From assembly GCA_965261595.1 (NCBI GenBank), contig CBDHDG010000004.1:576001-640000 (forward strand): a stretch of DNA of 64,000 bases, in the 5' to 3' direction. The translations under genes were made by a program, and so were the position numbers. Below, one piece after another: positions 32,806 to 42,983 of this stretch. The number at the start of each line of letters is the position of its first letter. The first letter of the stretch is position 1. Under the pieces are notes generated by a model. It made no database searches. It worked only from the letters and a program-made list of their open reading frames with translations, and was not told where the DNA came from. This stretch comes from a bacterium. Its GTDB lineage: Bacteria > UBA8248 > JACPRG01 > G963555815.

Positions 32806-32935
32806 TTTGAAGCCCTCCTCATCGAAAGCGAATCAAAAATCCAATCGTCCGGCGCCCCGACGCGGGCGCCCCTCATCTCCGATCAACACGGCGGATGGAT
32901 CTCGGTCCCGATTCGGACCGATCCCGCATCGCGCC

Positions 32936-33778
32936 TTATGATTCCCTCCCCTTCAGGAACCGGTAGAGTATCCGCACGCTGACCGCCTCCACCCGATCAT
33001 GAACGTCTTTGTAATCCTCGTCCAGGACGCAGAGGTCCCGGTACTTCACCGAATCCGCCGCCTCGTCTTCCGACAGCCCCCGGCCGATGGCCGAGCGAAC
33101 CCGGTCGAGGACCTCCCGCGTCGTCTCCTCCATGCGGTCGATCCACTCCTTCCCGCACACGGGGCCGTGGCCGGGGACGACAACATCGGCGTCCACCCCC
33201 CTGAGTCGGTCCAGAGAAGCAAGACAATCGAACGGATCGGCGTCCTGCCACCAGACCATATGGTCGACAAACAAGTTGTCCGTGGCAAAGAGCACCCCTC
33301 GGCCGGGCAGATGGACGGCCGTCTCCCCTGAGGTGTGGCCGGGCGTATGAAGGAGCCGGATCTCCTCGCCCCCGACGTACAGGGTCGCGTCGCCGGAGAA
33401 GGTGACCTCGGGCGCGCGGGGCTTGTAGTTCCCCGCGATGGAGACCCCCTCCGGGTCGGCCTCCGCGATCCACGGGCCGACGCCGTCGATGCCGAACCCC
33501 CAAAGGGGGGACTTGTTATGGAAGTTCCGCAGGGTTTCCTCGTGGGCGACAATCTTTCCCTCGAAAAATGGGTTTCCCATCGTGTGGTCCCAGTGGGGCT
33601 CGGTGTTGATAAGCCACTTCACCGGGCCGTGCGCGGCGATGGCCTCCTTCCACCCACCCCACGCGGTGGGCTTTTGAGGCGTATCCACCATCACGACGCC
33701 GTCCCGCGTTACGATGAATCCCGGATTGCAGCCGAAGATGTTTGTCTCGGCAAAAACGCCATTTGCCACCTCTTCCAT
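32936..33778 (-). CDS. MBL-fold metallo-hydrolase
   Basis: NTEPHWDH, TPGHT, ATDN and VPGHG motifs. Confidence 0.9.
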   Translation of the reverse strand: MEEVANGVFAETNIFGCNPGFIVTRDGVVMVDTPQKPTAWGGWKEAIAAHGPVKWLINTEPHWDHTMGNPFFEGKIVAHEETLRNFHNKSPLWGFGIDGVGPWIAEADPEGVSIAGNYKPRAPEVTFSGDATLYVGGEEIRLLHTPGHTSGETAVHLPGRGVLFATDNLFVDHMVWWQDADPFDCLASLDRLRGVDADVVVPGHGPVCGKEWIDRMEETTREVLDRVRSAIGRGLSEDEAADSVKYRDLCVLDEDYKDVHDRVEAVSVRILYRFLKGRES

Positions 33779-33851
33779 ATGAATTTCCTTCCTGACCTCG
33801 CGCGCCCCCTCCCCAGGGCCGGGAGCCGCGTTCCATCCGGGCCGCCGGAGC

Positions 33852-35117
33852 TCAGCCGCTTTCCACAATGGCGACGGCCTCGGTCATAAGGGCGCAATCG
33901 GGAACAATCAGCGCCCCCGTTCCGATGGTTGTGCTGGCGGGAGGATTTTTTCCGTAGACCTCCGCGCGCGCCACCAGGGCCTCGGACAGATCGCCCAGGT
34001 CCGTATGATACGTCCAGGTCTTGACGACGCTTTCGATACTGCTCCCGGCCGCTTCCAGGAGTTTCCCGAGGGCATCCAGACAGTAACGCATCTGGGTCTC
34101 TCCTCGGGTGCGGTAGTGGGGGAAGTTGGGATCGATCCGGGCCTCGGGTGAAACGCCCGTCTTGTAGTCGGTGGGGAGGATCTCGCTTGTGAAAATCCAA
34201 TCCCCCACCCGCAGCGCCTGGGGCTGATGCAGGGACGGCTCGGGAATCGCCTCCGTCTCCACGACGTCCACTTTCAATTTAGAATCGCCCGCGAGGGCGA
34301 TCACGTCCACCTCGATGAGCATGCCCGGGTTGACGAGCCCTCCCTGGTAGGTCGAGCGCGCGGGCGGATTTTTCGGAAACCGGTGCCGCCACACGCGGTC
34401 AAAGCCGTAGAAGTCCCGGATATCGGTCAGCGTCACCTGGGCCTTGACGACGCGGTCCAGACCGCTCCCGGCATCCTCGAGGATCCCGGCGATCGTGTCG
34501 AGAACGAACTCCGTCTGTTTTTCGATGGGAGACTCGAAGAGCGGAAAGGCCGGATTTGTCCGGGCCTCGGGGGCGACGCCCGTCCGGAAGTCGCTGGCCA
34601 GGACGCCGGAAAGGAACCAGAAATCACCGACCCGGACACCCTGAGAATACGAGGCCAGGGGGCTCGGCGCCCGATCCGTGCTGAAATACTCGGGCTCGAC
34701 GGTTTGATCGGCCCCGATGACATCGACGACCATCTTGCAGCCGGGCATCGGCGGAAGGGCCTCGATGGCCGTGCTGGCCGGGGGAGGCCCGGTCAGCCGC
34801 TTGCGCCGTATGGCCAAGTGTGACGCGAAGTCGTCCATCGTCTCGTTGAACGTCTGTATCTTCACCATACGCTCCAGAGACGACCCCGACGCCTCGAGAA
34901 TTGTTGAGAGGTTGTCAAAAATGTAGTCGGTCTGAAGGCGCATCGGCGACTGCAACGTCGGGAATTCAGGGTTTCCCAGGGCCCGCGGCGCAATCAGCCG
35001 CTTGAAGTCCGACGCCACATTGCCCGAAAGGAAGACCAATCCGCCCGCCTTGACCGCCTGGGCGTACGGCGCCGTGGGAAGCGGAACTTTGTCCGTGACG
35101 ACAACCTCTTTTTTCAT
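33852..35117 (-). CDS. Triple-domain Rid family protein
   Basis: Three tandem ~140-aa Rid repeats. Confidence 0.9.
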   Translation of the reverse strand: MKKEVVVTDKVPLPTAPYAQAVKAGGLVFLSGNVASDFKRLIAPRALGNPEFPTLQSPMRLQTDYIFDNLSTILEASGSSLERMVKIQTFNETMDDFASHLAIRRKRLTGPPPASTAIEALPPMPGCKMVVDVIGADQTVEPEYFSTDRAPSPLASYSQGVRVGDFWFLSGVLASDFRTGVAPEARTNPAFPLFESPIEKQTEFVLDTIAGILEDAGSGLDRVVKAQVTLTDIRDFYGFDRVWRHRFPKNPPARSTYQGGLVNPGMLIEVDVIALAGDSKLKVDVVETEAIPEPSLHQPQALRVGDWIFTSEILPTDYKTGVSPEARIDPNFPHYRTRGETQMRYCLDALGKLLEAAGSSIESVVKTWTYHTDLGDLSEALVARAEVYGKNPPASTTIGTGALIVPDCALMTEAVAIVESG

Positions 35118-35410
35118 GTCATGCCCTTTGTGTCCAGCAAGCTGAATAGCCAAGCAACCCCACGCCACCTCTTGGGCTTGAATCAAATTGTTTACCCAGG
35201 TGGATTGACCCTTCGTTCAGAACAACAGCCACAGCGGTTAAAGAAGGATGCCATCGATGGGCACAACCCAACCGTGTAGCCTAATCAACCTCCACCCCAG
35301 TAAGGCCAAGCCATAGGCTTGGCCGCAGAAAGTTTTTCCGGGGGGGTCCGGGGGGGGGGGGGTTCAAAAAAGCCCCCCCCTGGCGATTGTTTCACTCAGT
35401 CGGTTTTTCC

Positions 35411-35848
35411 TCATGTCCCGTCGTCGATCACCGCGATGGCGCGCACCTCGATTTTACACCGCGAGTCCGTGGCCAGGCAGGTGACGCCGACCGTCGTCGA
35501 CGTGGGCGGGTGGTTTGGGAAAAATTTCGCCTGCGCCGCGTTGGCCTTGTCCTGCTCATCCATCGTCACGATAAACCGGCAGACGTCGACGATGTCGTTC
35601 ATCGTCCCCCCGGCCCCCTCGACGGTCTTCTTGATGTTTTCGAAAGTGATGGCCGTCTGTTCCCCCATGTCCTCGGGAATTCCCTCGAACTCTTCCGGGA
35701 TGTGCGGATGGGTGTGATAGACCGGGGCGGCGGTGCAGCCCGCAATGAAGAGGATCTTCCCCAGGTTGACCTTGATCCCCGGCGCGTAAGGCATCCATAC
35801 GTCTTTCCGGGCATCCGGGTGGTGAATGACTTCGACATCTCTCGCCAT
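35411..35848 (-). CDS. Rid family protein
   Basis: MPYAPG, LFIAG, PPTSTTVGV and IEVRAIAV motifs. Confidence 0.88.
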   Translation of the reverse strand: MARDVEVIHHPDARKDVWMPYAPGIKVNLGKILFIAGCTAAPVYHTHPHIPEEFEGIPEDMGEQTAITFENIKKTVEGAGGTMNDIVDVCRFIVTMDEQDKANAAQAKFFPNHPPTSTTVGVTCLATDSRCKIEVRAIAVIDDGT

Positions 35849-36063
35849 CGCGGTTGACCTCCGTTGAATCAGTGGAACGGCTCGTGCGGCAGGAGACAGC
35901 CTCTGCGTCTCATAACCCGAGCGAGACCCTGGTTGAATCGGGCACGGGAGGATGTAGTATGGTGGAAACGGGGCAAAATCACGAACACCGAATCAAAGAT
36001 TTCAACTCATTGGCTCTGACCAGGGAAACGGTGCGGTGCAATTTCGTAAAAGGAATCAGCGGA

Positions 36064-37026
36064 ATGATCGAGAGTGATCTCTGGCCGGCGCTGCGCGATT
36101 ACTGGCACCCGGCGGCGTTTTTCGAAGAGGTGTGCGACAAGCCCTTGGCCGTCAGGCTCCTGGACGAGCCGATCGCCGTCTGCCGGGTCGGAGACCGCTT
36201 GGCGGCGTTTCACGACCTTTGCATTCACCGGGGGACGCCCCTCTCCCTGGGGTGGGTGGAGGGCGACAGCATCATCTGCGCCTACCATGGCTGGGCCTAC
36301 GGGGTGAACGGAAAGTGCGTCCGGATCCCCTCGATTCCGCCGGAGCATCCCATCCCCAAAAAGGCCTGCCTGACAACCTATCTCGCCCAAGAAAAATACG
36401 GAATCGTGTGGGTGTGCCTGTCGGACAAACCCCGCGCGCCCATTCCGGATTTCTCGCCGATCGAGGACCCGGGCTTCCGCCTGGTCGTCCATGACAAAAG
36501 GCCCTGGAAGTGCAGCGCGGCCCGGACCATCGAGAATTTCCTCGATTTCTCTCATTTCCCTTGGGTGCACGAGGGAATCCTGGGAGATCGGGCGAACCCC
36601 CGGACGCCCGACGTAACGACCGAGCGGGACGACGAGACCATCCGTTTCACGATTGGGAACGAGCCCGATGGACTCCACAGCGCTTCCTATCAACGCTACT
36701 ACTGGGTCACCCGGCCTTTCGCATGTCACATCGGGCGGGTCGAGGCGGATGGGCGGGCGGAGCGTCTGTATTTCGCATGCACCCCGCATTCGGCGCGCGA
36801 GTGCACGCGATTTACGCTGATAGGCCGGAACTACGAGCCCGGCCCATCAGACGGCGCGCGGATCGAGGACGTGGAAGACCTGGTGGCCGAACAGGACCGC
36901 GTCATCGTCGAGAACCAGCGGCCGGAGGAGCTGCCGCTGGACCTATCCGAAGAGCTCCACGTGAAAGGCCCGGACACAGCGTCTATCGAATACCGGCGGA
37001 TGATGAAGGCGTTGGGGGTAGAATAG
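36064..37026 (+). CDS. Rieske non-heme iron oxygenase alpha subunit (demethylase-like)
   Basis: CIH...CAYHGW Rieske motif; ENFLDFSHFPWVH mononuclear site; EQD..IVENQRP. Confidence 0.93.
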   Translation: MIESDLWPALRDYWHPAAFFEEVCDKPLAVRLLDEPIAVCRVGDRLAAFHDLCIHRGTPLSLGWVEGDSIICAYHGWAYGVNGKCVRIPSIPPEHPIPKKACLTTYLAQEKYGIVWVCLSDKPRAPIPDFSPIEDPGFRLVVHDKRPWKCSAARTIENFLDFSHFPWVHEGILGDRANPRTPDVTTERDDETIRFTIGNEPDGLHSASYQRYYWVTRPFACHIGRVEADGRAERLYFACTPHSARECTRFTLIGRNYEPGPSDGARIEDVEDLVAEQDRVIVENQRPEELPLDLSEELHVKGPDTASIEYRRMMKALGVE

Positions 37027-37141
37027 GACGCGGCGGGCGCCGGCCGCGCGCACCTTGAAATGGCGGGGAGAGGTAGGCTAAATTCATCCTGCGCCCCCAA
37101 CAGGGCCTTATCCGCAAAATTGTCTTTATTGGAGAAACACG

Positions 37142-38014
37142 ATGACGACAAAACCGTTTCGGTTTGTGAATGAAGACACGGTTTTCACCCTCCCCTGGGA
37201 AGTGGGCATTCTCGAAGGGTTATTCGAGAAAGAGGGCATCGAGGTCGAAATCGCCGAGAAGAATCCCTCCAACGTCGCGCCCGAGCTTTTCGGCCGCAAC
37301 AAAGAGGTCCTTTTCGAAGGCGGGGGCCTGGACGCCTACAACGTCTGCGAATGGGGGGCCATCAAGCGAACCGCGACGGAGGGCCATCGGCCGTCCCGCA
37401 TCCTGAACCTCCGGGAATCGATCACCGTCATGGGAATCGTGGCCGGAAAGGACACCGGGATCACGCATCCCGAGGACCTGGCGGGCGTCCCCGTCGCCGT
37501 TCAGATGCACACCGGCTCTCATTACATGGTCCTCAAGCTGCTCCAGGGGTTCCTGCCTAAGGAGGATATCCAGGTCATCCAAATTGGCGGCCCCGCCAAG
37601 CGGCTTCGCGCCCTGCTCGAGGGCAAGGTCAAGGCGGCCGCCGTGATGGAGCCTTTTCTCAGCTTCGCCGAGATGGAGGGGAACCTGATCTCGATGGCCT
37701 ACTACAACGGCATGGTCGTGGCCGGGGAAGGCTACGACGCCGAGACCATGAGGAAGATCCAGGGGATCCTCCGCCAGGCCGTCGATCTCATCAACCTGGA
37801 CAAGCGGAAATACGCCCACCTGCTCCTGAACGATCTGCCCGAAGACCTTCGTCCCCAAATGACCCTGGATGACCTCCACATCGAGCGCCTGCGCTATGTA
37901 TACCCACGCCCTTACCCGCGGGACCGGTATGAGATGCAGGCTCGTTGGATGAAGGAATGGGGGCTTTTGGACGAAGGCGCCAAGCCCGAAATGGTCTTGA
38001 CGGCTTCCTGCTGA
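37142..38014 (+). CDS. NMT1/SsuA-like substrate-binding-fold protein without an evident signal peptide
   Basis: GLFEKEGIEVE, GITHPEDLAG and MEPF motifs. Confidence 0.8.
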   Translation: MTTKPFRFVNEDTVFTLPWEVGILEGLFEKEGIEVEIAEKNPSNVAPELFGRNKEVLFEGGGLDAYNVCEWGAIKRTATEGHRPSRILNLRESITVMGIVAGKDTGITHPEDLAGVPVAVQMHTGSHYMVLKLLQGFLPKEDIQVIQIGGPAKRLRALLEGKVKAAAVMEPFLSFAEMEGNLISMAYYNGMVVAGEGYDAETMRKIQGILRQAVDLINLDKRKYAHLLLNDLPEDLRPQMTLDDLHIERLRYVYPRPYPRDRYEMQARWMKEWGLLDEGAKPEMVLTASC

Positions 38015-38101
38015 TCGGAATGGACGGGGGGAATGATAAACCCCCTCGCTCGGATTAACCCGGCGTCAAAGACCGCCTCCAAATCACAAGGAGTGATTTC
38101 C

Positions 38102-38923
38102 ATGCCCACGGCGGAAGTGAAAGAAGCCCTCGCAAGCTTCATCCAGAGCGGCGACACCTTCGACTTTGTCGACATGACCCAGCGCTGGCACAACCGGGTC
38201 CCGACGTGGCCCTACTTCCCGTCCTCGGAAATCCGGAATTTCCACAGCCACCACAAGGACGGGCTTTGCAGCCTCATCATCGAAACCAACATGCACTCGG
38301 GCACCCACATCGACGCCCCTCTCCACTTCAACGCCGGCGGGTGGGACTTGGCGGACATGCCCCTGGATCGCTGCCAAGGCTCCGCCCTCGTCGTAGACCT
38401 GAGCCACGAGGTCGAGGAGTGGACGTACATCAACCGAGAAATGATCGAGCGGAACATCCCGGAAGGCGAGGCCCTTCGAGAGAACGACATCCTGATCCTC
38501 TATTTCAACTGGAAGCGCTTCAACTGGGAAGGGACCGAGCGCAACGAGCAAACCTTCTTCTGCAAGCACCCCGGACCGGACCCCAGCGTCACGGACTGGT
38601 TGATCGAAAAGCGCGTCAAGTGGGTCGCCAGCGACGCCCCGGCCTTCGAACACCCCTGGAACCTGATGATCAAAAACTACCGCCCGGACCTCGTCCGCGA
38701 GTGGGAGCAAAAGACCGGCCTGAAGCTGGACGACGTCCACCTCGAAGACCACTACCTCCATTGCCACCGCCGGATGATGAAAGAAAATCTGATGCACGTG
38801 GACAACGTCGGCGGGGACGTGGACAAGGTGGTCGGCAAACGGATCTACGGCATGGCCCTCCCCTGGCGGTTCGTAGGCGGCGAGGCCTGCATCTGCCGGC
38901 TGGTGGGATTGGTCGGGGGTTGA
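38102..38923 (+). CDS. Cyclase / kynurenine formamidase family protein
   Basis: HSGTHIDAPLHF motif. Confidence 0.92.
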   Translation: MPTAEVKEALASFIQSGDTFDFVDMTQRWHNRVPTWPYFPSSEIRNFHSHHKDGLCSLIIETNMHSGTHIDAPLHFNAGGWDLADMPLDRCQGSALVVDLSHEVEEWTYINREMIERNIPEGEALRENDILILYFNWKRFNWEGTERNEQTFFCKHPGPDPSVTDWLIEKRVKWVASDAPAFEHPWNLMIKNYRPDLVREWEQKTGLKLDDVHLEDHYLHCHRRMMKENLMHVDNVGGDVDKVVGKRIYGMALPWRFVGGEACICRLVGLVGG

Positions 38924-38984
38924 GCCGGCGGGACCCCGGCCCCAAACGCCCGCGGCTCCTACACCCTGAACGGGAGAGCAATGG

Positions 38985-40106
38985 ATGACAACCCGGACGA
39001 ACATCCCCTCCACCATGGAGGCCGTCCGCCTCCATGGGGTCGATGATTTCCGCGTCGAGGAGATTCCGACGCCCGAGCCCGGCCTGCGCGAAGTCCTGTG
39101 CCGCGTGGAAGCGGTCACCATCTGCGGCACGGACATCGCCATCATCAAAGGCCATCACCAGCAGTGGGCGAAGGACCTGCCCCTGACCCTCGGCCACGAG
39201 TGGGCCGGCCGGGTGGTCGCGCTGGGCGAGGGATCCGAGGGCTTCGGCTTCCACCTGGGCGATCCCGTTTGCGGCACTTCCCACAGCGGCTGCGGGTTTT
39301 GCCGGATGTGCCTCATCGGCCGGTACAACCTTTGCGTCAACTACGGCCATCCGGAGCTGGGCCACCGCCAGTACGGCCATGTGAGCGACGGGGCCTACGC
39401 CGAGTACATGGTCAACACCCTCAAGACCATCCACAAGATCCCCGAAGACATGCCCTTCGAGATTGCGGCCAACGTGGACCCGGCCGCCATCGGCCTTCAC
39501 TCGGTGAAGCGGACCGGGATTCATCCCGGCGAGACCGTGGTCGTCCTGGGTCCAGGCCCGGTGGGGTTTTTCGCCTTCCAGTGCGCCTTCGCCCTGGGGG
39601 CGGGGCGCGTCATCATGGTGGGTTCCGGCGAGCGCCTCGCCAAGGCCGCCGAGATGGGCGCCGAGACGGTGAACTACCGGGAGACCGATCCCGTCCAGGC
39701 CGTCCGCGACCTGACCGGCGGCTGGGGGGCGGATGTCGTCGTAGACTGCGCGGCGACGAAAGACTCCCTGGTCCAGGCCATCGACATGACTTGCAAGGGG
39801 GGCCGCGTCGCGTACACGGGGATCCCCACTGAGGCGCCGGTCCTCAACTACCGCAAGCTCATTCTCGAAGAGGTGGACGTTTACGGCGTCCGCGCCAACC
39901 CCAACGCCGCTGTGGAGACCATCCCGCTCTTCCACCGGGGGGCGATCCGAGCCGAGCCGTTGATCACCCATCGCTTCCCCCTCAAGGAATACCGGGAGGC
40001 GTATGACACCTTTGTCGAACGACGGGACGGAGCCATTCTCGTCAGTCTGAGACCGGGCGCGGAGGGGTCGGGGGAAACGGCCGGAACGGCGCAATCGAAA
40101 GGGTGA
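38985..40106 (+). CDS. Zinc-dependent alcohol dehydrogenase
   Basis: ICGTD, LGHE, CGFCRMC...NLC and GPGPVG motifs. Confidence 0.95.
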   Translation: MTTRTNIPSTMEAVRLHGVDDFRVEEIPTPEPGLREVLCRVEAVTICGTDIAIIKGHHQQWAKDLPLTLGHEWAGRVVALGEGSEGFGFHLGDPVCGTSHSGCGFCRMCLIGRYNLCVNYGHPELGHRQYGHVSDGAYAEYMVNTLKTIHKIPEDMPFEIAANVDPAAIGLHSVKRTGIHPGETVVVLGPGPVGFFAFQCAFALGAGRVIMVGSGERLAKAAEMGAETVNYRETDPVQAVRDLTGGWGADVVVDCAATKDSLVQAIDMTCKGGRVAYTGIPTEAPVLNYRKLILEEVDVYGVRANPNAAVETIPLFHRGAIRAEPLITHRFPLKEYREAYDTFVERRDGAILVSLRPGAEGSGETAGTAQSKG

Positions 40107-40261
40107 TTCCGCACCGCCGGGGGGGGAGGGGAAAGACCATTACCGCGAACCACACAAAAATCCGCATTGAAGGCGCGACAAAGAGCTTTCTCAGCGGCTC
40201 CGTGGTGGCCTTTGAGAACCTCACCCTGGATGTCCGGACCGAAGAGATCATCTGCATCCTC
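40103..40261 (+). pseudogene. 5' fragment of an ABC transporter ATP-binding gene, cut before Walker A
   Basis: KIRIEGATKSF....VAFENLTLDVRTEEIICIL, then the IS256 end. Confidence 0.75.
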
Positions 40262-41704
40262 GAGGGTGTCCAGAATTCAGTTGAAGGTTTGAGGCGGCGG
40301 TCCGTGTGCGGTTCACCTTATGCGACCTCCTCTCGGGTGTCAAAGCGGGGCTCGTCCAGAACGGCCTTCAGGATCCACAGGTCCCGGTAGCCGTCCAGGC
40401 GACGGAAGTTCTTCTCGGTGGCGAGGAAGGCGGAAGCGGCCCACCTTTTCACCATCGCCCCGTCCCGCCAGCGGCCGACGCGCCGGGTGCGCATCCGCAC
40501 CCCCGAACAGGGACTCTCGATCAGGTTCGTGCTCACCAGGCAGCGCCGAAGGCCGGGCGGAAGAGCCAAGCGGTTGACGGTGAAGATCTCCTCCAGACCC
40601 TCCAAAAGGCTGGCGGCCGCGTCCGGATGCTCGATCTGAAGCCACCGGGCCTGCTTGCGCAGACGGGCAATCCCCTCCTTCGGCGCCAGCCGCCAGGCCG
40701 CCTTCATCGTCGCCTTCACCGGGTCCTTCAACTCCTCGGGCAGGTGGTCCATCACGTTCTTCACCTTGTGGTTGCGGCACCGCTGCACCGGATTGTCGTC
40801 CCCGTACACCCGGTCAATCGCCGCACGAAGCGCCCTCGAGCCGTCGATGACGAAAAGCCGACGCCGCCCGGGCCGCACGCCGCGCTCCACCAACTCCTCA
40901 AGAAGCGCCGTCACGACCGTGGCGTTCTCGGTGGCGCCCGACCTCAGGCCCAGAACGTGCTTTTGGCCCCGTGTGTCCACCCCAACGGCCACGATGACGT
41001 GATGCGCGCCGAAGCGCAGACCGTCCAGGTAGAGGATGAGGAGGTCGATGTCGTCAAAACGCCGCTCACAAAGACGCCGCAGCTCCACCTCGACCGCCTC
41101 GATGCTCTCCCGGCTCACGGCCGACTTCGACACCCTCACCGTCTCGGCCAGCTCGGGAAGAACGGCCGCGTAGTTCCGCGTCGAGACCCCTCGCATCAGC
41201 AAATCCAGCATCCGCTCCCCCAGCCCGGGGTCGGCCTGCATGGCCGCATACGCCAGCACCTCCACCTCCCCGCCCCGACCCTGGCCCCGGCGGCGAAGCC
41301 GCGGCTTTCTCACCTTCAGCTTGCACCCCTTCAGGGTCACCCGGCCCCCCTGGCTGCCGTGCCGGCGGACCTCGCCACCCCGCTTGCCTGGATGCGGCGC
41401 GCCCGTCAAGCCCTTGGCCGACAGCAAAAGCACGGCCTCCAGGCCCGCCCGGCCCATGACGTCCATCAGGTCCTCCACCGCCAGTTGGGACTGCTCCACC
41501 AGCGACACCAGAGGAAAAAACGCCTGCCCATGCTCCGCCACAAAGGCGGCCAACCTTTGGGTCTCTTTCTTCTCGATGATCTGGTAAGCTTCACTCATGG
41601 CGGTTCCTCCTCTTTGAATGTTTGCCAACCCGATTCTAACCGAGTCGGCAGGAGTGAACCGCCACCTCTTTTTCTCAACCTTCAACTATGAATGGGACAG
41701 GCTC
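40262..41704 (-). mobile_element. IS256-family IS; transposase 40318..41598
   Basis: IRs GAGGGTGTCCAGAATTCAGTTGAAGGTT and GAGCCTGTCCCATTCATAGTTGAAGGTT; LYLDG, VIDG, QRC and STNLIES motifs; no TSD. Confidence 0.93.
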
Positions 41705-41768
41705 CGACACCCCTTTCTCCATGAATCATGGATCAATCGAGTGTCCAACAAAACCCTAGAGCGGGGGA
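41705..41768 (-). mobile_element. Left-end remnant (64 bp) of the 1404-bp IS3-family element
   Basis: Identical to 4114-4177. Confidence 0.92.
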
Positions 41769-41902
41769 TCCTGGCGTTATCCACCTATCTCGGTCACGTC
41801 AGCATGGCCTCGACCTACTGGTATCTGGAAGCCACGCCCGTCCTGCTCCGGGAGATCGCCCGCGCTGCTGAAAACACACATGTGGGGAGGATCTTGAGAT
41901 GA
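41769..41902 (+). pseudogene. C-terminal fragment of a RIT second recombinase (RitB-like)
   Basis: LSTYLGHVSMASTYWYLEATP; its stop overlaps the next ATG. Confidence 0.8.
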
Positions 41903-42900
41903 CCGCGCTTTCCCCCCATATCAGCAAGTTCCTGTACGAATATCTGCCGCGCGATCGTGGCGCGAGTCAGCATACTATCGATAGTTACTCGGTGAGCTTC
42001 CTACAGTTCATTGACTTCGCCGAAAACAGGCTTCGCGTTCGGGCTTGTACGCTCACGATCGAGCAGTTGACGGCCGAAGTCATCCTCGACTTCCTCGAAC
42101 ACCTGGAGCGGGACCGAGGAAACACGATTGGAACACGCAATGTACGGCTGGCCGCGATTAAATCCTTCTTCCGATTTCTCGAGCATCGGGCGCCGGCATG
42201 TCTTCACTTGGCAGCCCAAGTCCACGCGATTCCGCTTAAGCGCCGCAACCAACCATTGGTCGACTACCTCGACCACAATGAAGTACAGGCCGTGCTTGAC
42301 GCACCGGATCCGTCGACGCGTGCGGGAATACGCGACCGCGCGATGCTCCACCTTGCCTATGCGGCTGGACTGCGAGTGTCGGAGTTGGTGGGCGTTACAT
42401 GCCACGATCTCGAGCAACCCGGTCTCAACCTCGTCCGCATCCGCGGAAAGGGGCGCCGCGAACGCGTACTCCCACTGTGGGCGCAGACACGATCGGTGCT
42501 CCGGGACTGGCTCGCGATACGTCCTGAGGCGACCAGCCCCTACCTGTTCCTCAACGCCCGCGGGGTGGTCATGACCCGCCACGGCTTCGCTCACCGTCTG
42601 AAGCGGCATGCGGACACTGCTCGGCGATCAGTACCGTCGATCGCTACCAAGCGCATCACCCCCCACGTGCTTCGGCACAGCTGCGCCATGAATACCTACG
42701 AAGGCGTCGGCGACATCCGCAAAGTCTCGACCTGGTTGGGTCATGCAAGCGTCCAAAGTACGGAGATCTATGTCCGGGCAGATCCATTGGAAAAGCTCGA
42801 CATACTTGCTGCACGACGGCCTCCGTCGATCCGCAAGGGGGTCTTCATCGATGCGAGGGACCGGTTGATGAGGATACTGAACGAAGACAAGCTGAAATAG
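41899..42900 (+). CDS. Tyrosine recombinase, RIT third gene (RitC-like)
   Basis: RGASQHTIDSY, TRNVRLAAIKSF, GLRVSE, TPHVLRHS and WLGH...TEIY motifs. Confidence 0.88.
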   Translation: MTALSPHISKFLYEYLPRDRGASQHTIDSYSVSFLQFIDFAENRLRVRACTLTIEQLTAEVILDFLEHLERDRGNTIGTRNVRLAAIKSFFRFLEHRAPACLHLAAQVHAIPLKRRNQPLVDYLDHNEVQAVLDAPDPSTRAGIRDRAMLHLAYAAGLRVSELVGVTCHDLEQPGLNLVRIRGKGRRERVLPLWAQTRSVLRDWLAIRPEATSPYLFLNARGVVMTRHGFAHRLKRHADTARRSVPSIATKRITPHVLRHSCAMNTYEGVGDIRKVSTWLGHASVQSTEIYVRADPLEKLDILAARRPPSIRKGVFIDARDRLMRILNEDKLK

Positions 42901-42983
42901 AAATGGGAAGTTGCTTCGGTCCCTAATCCGCAGTCCACGGGGCCGGAGCACACCCACTCTCCATTACGCGGGAATCGCCATTA

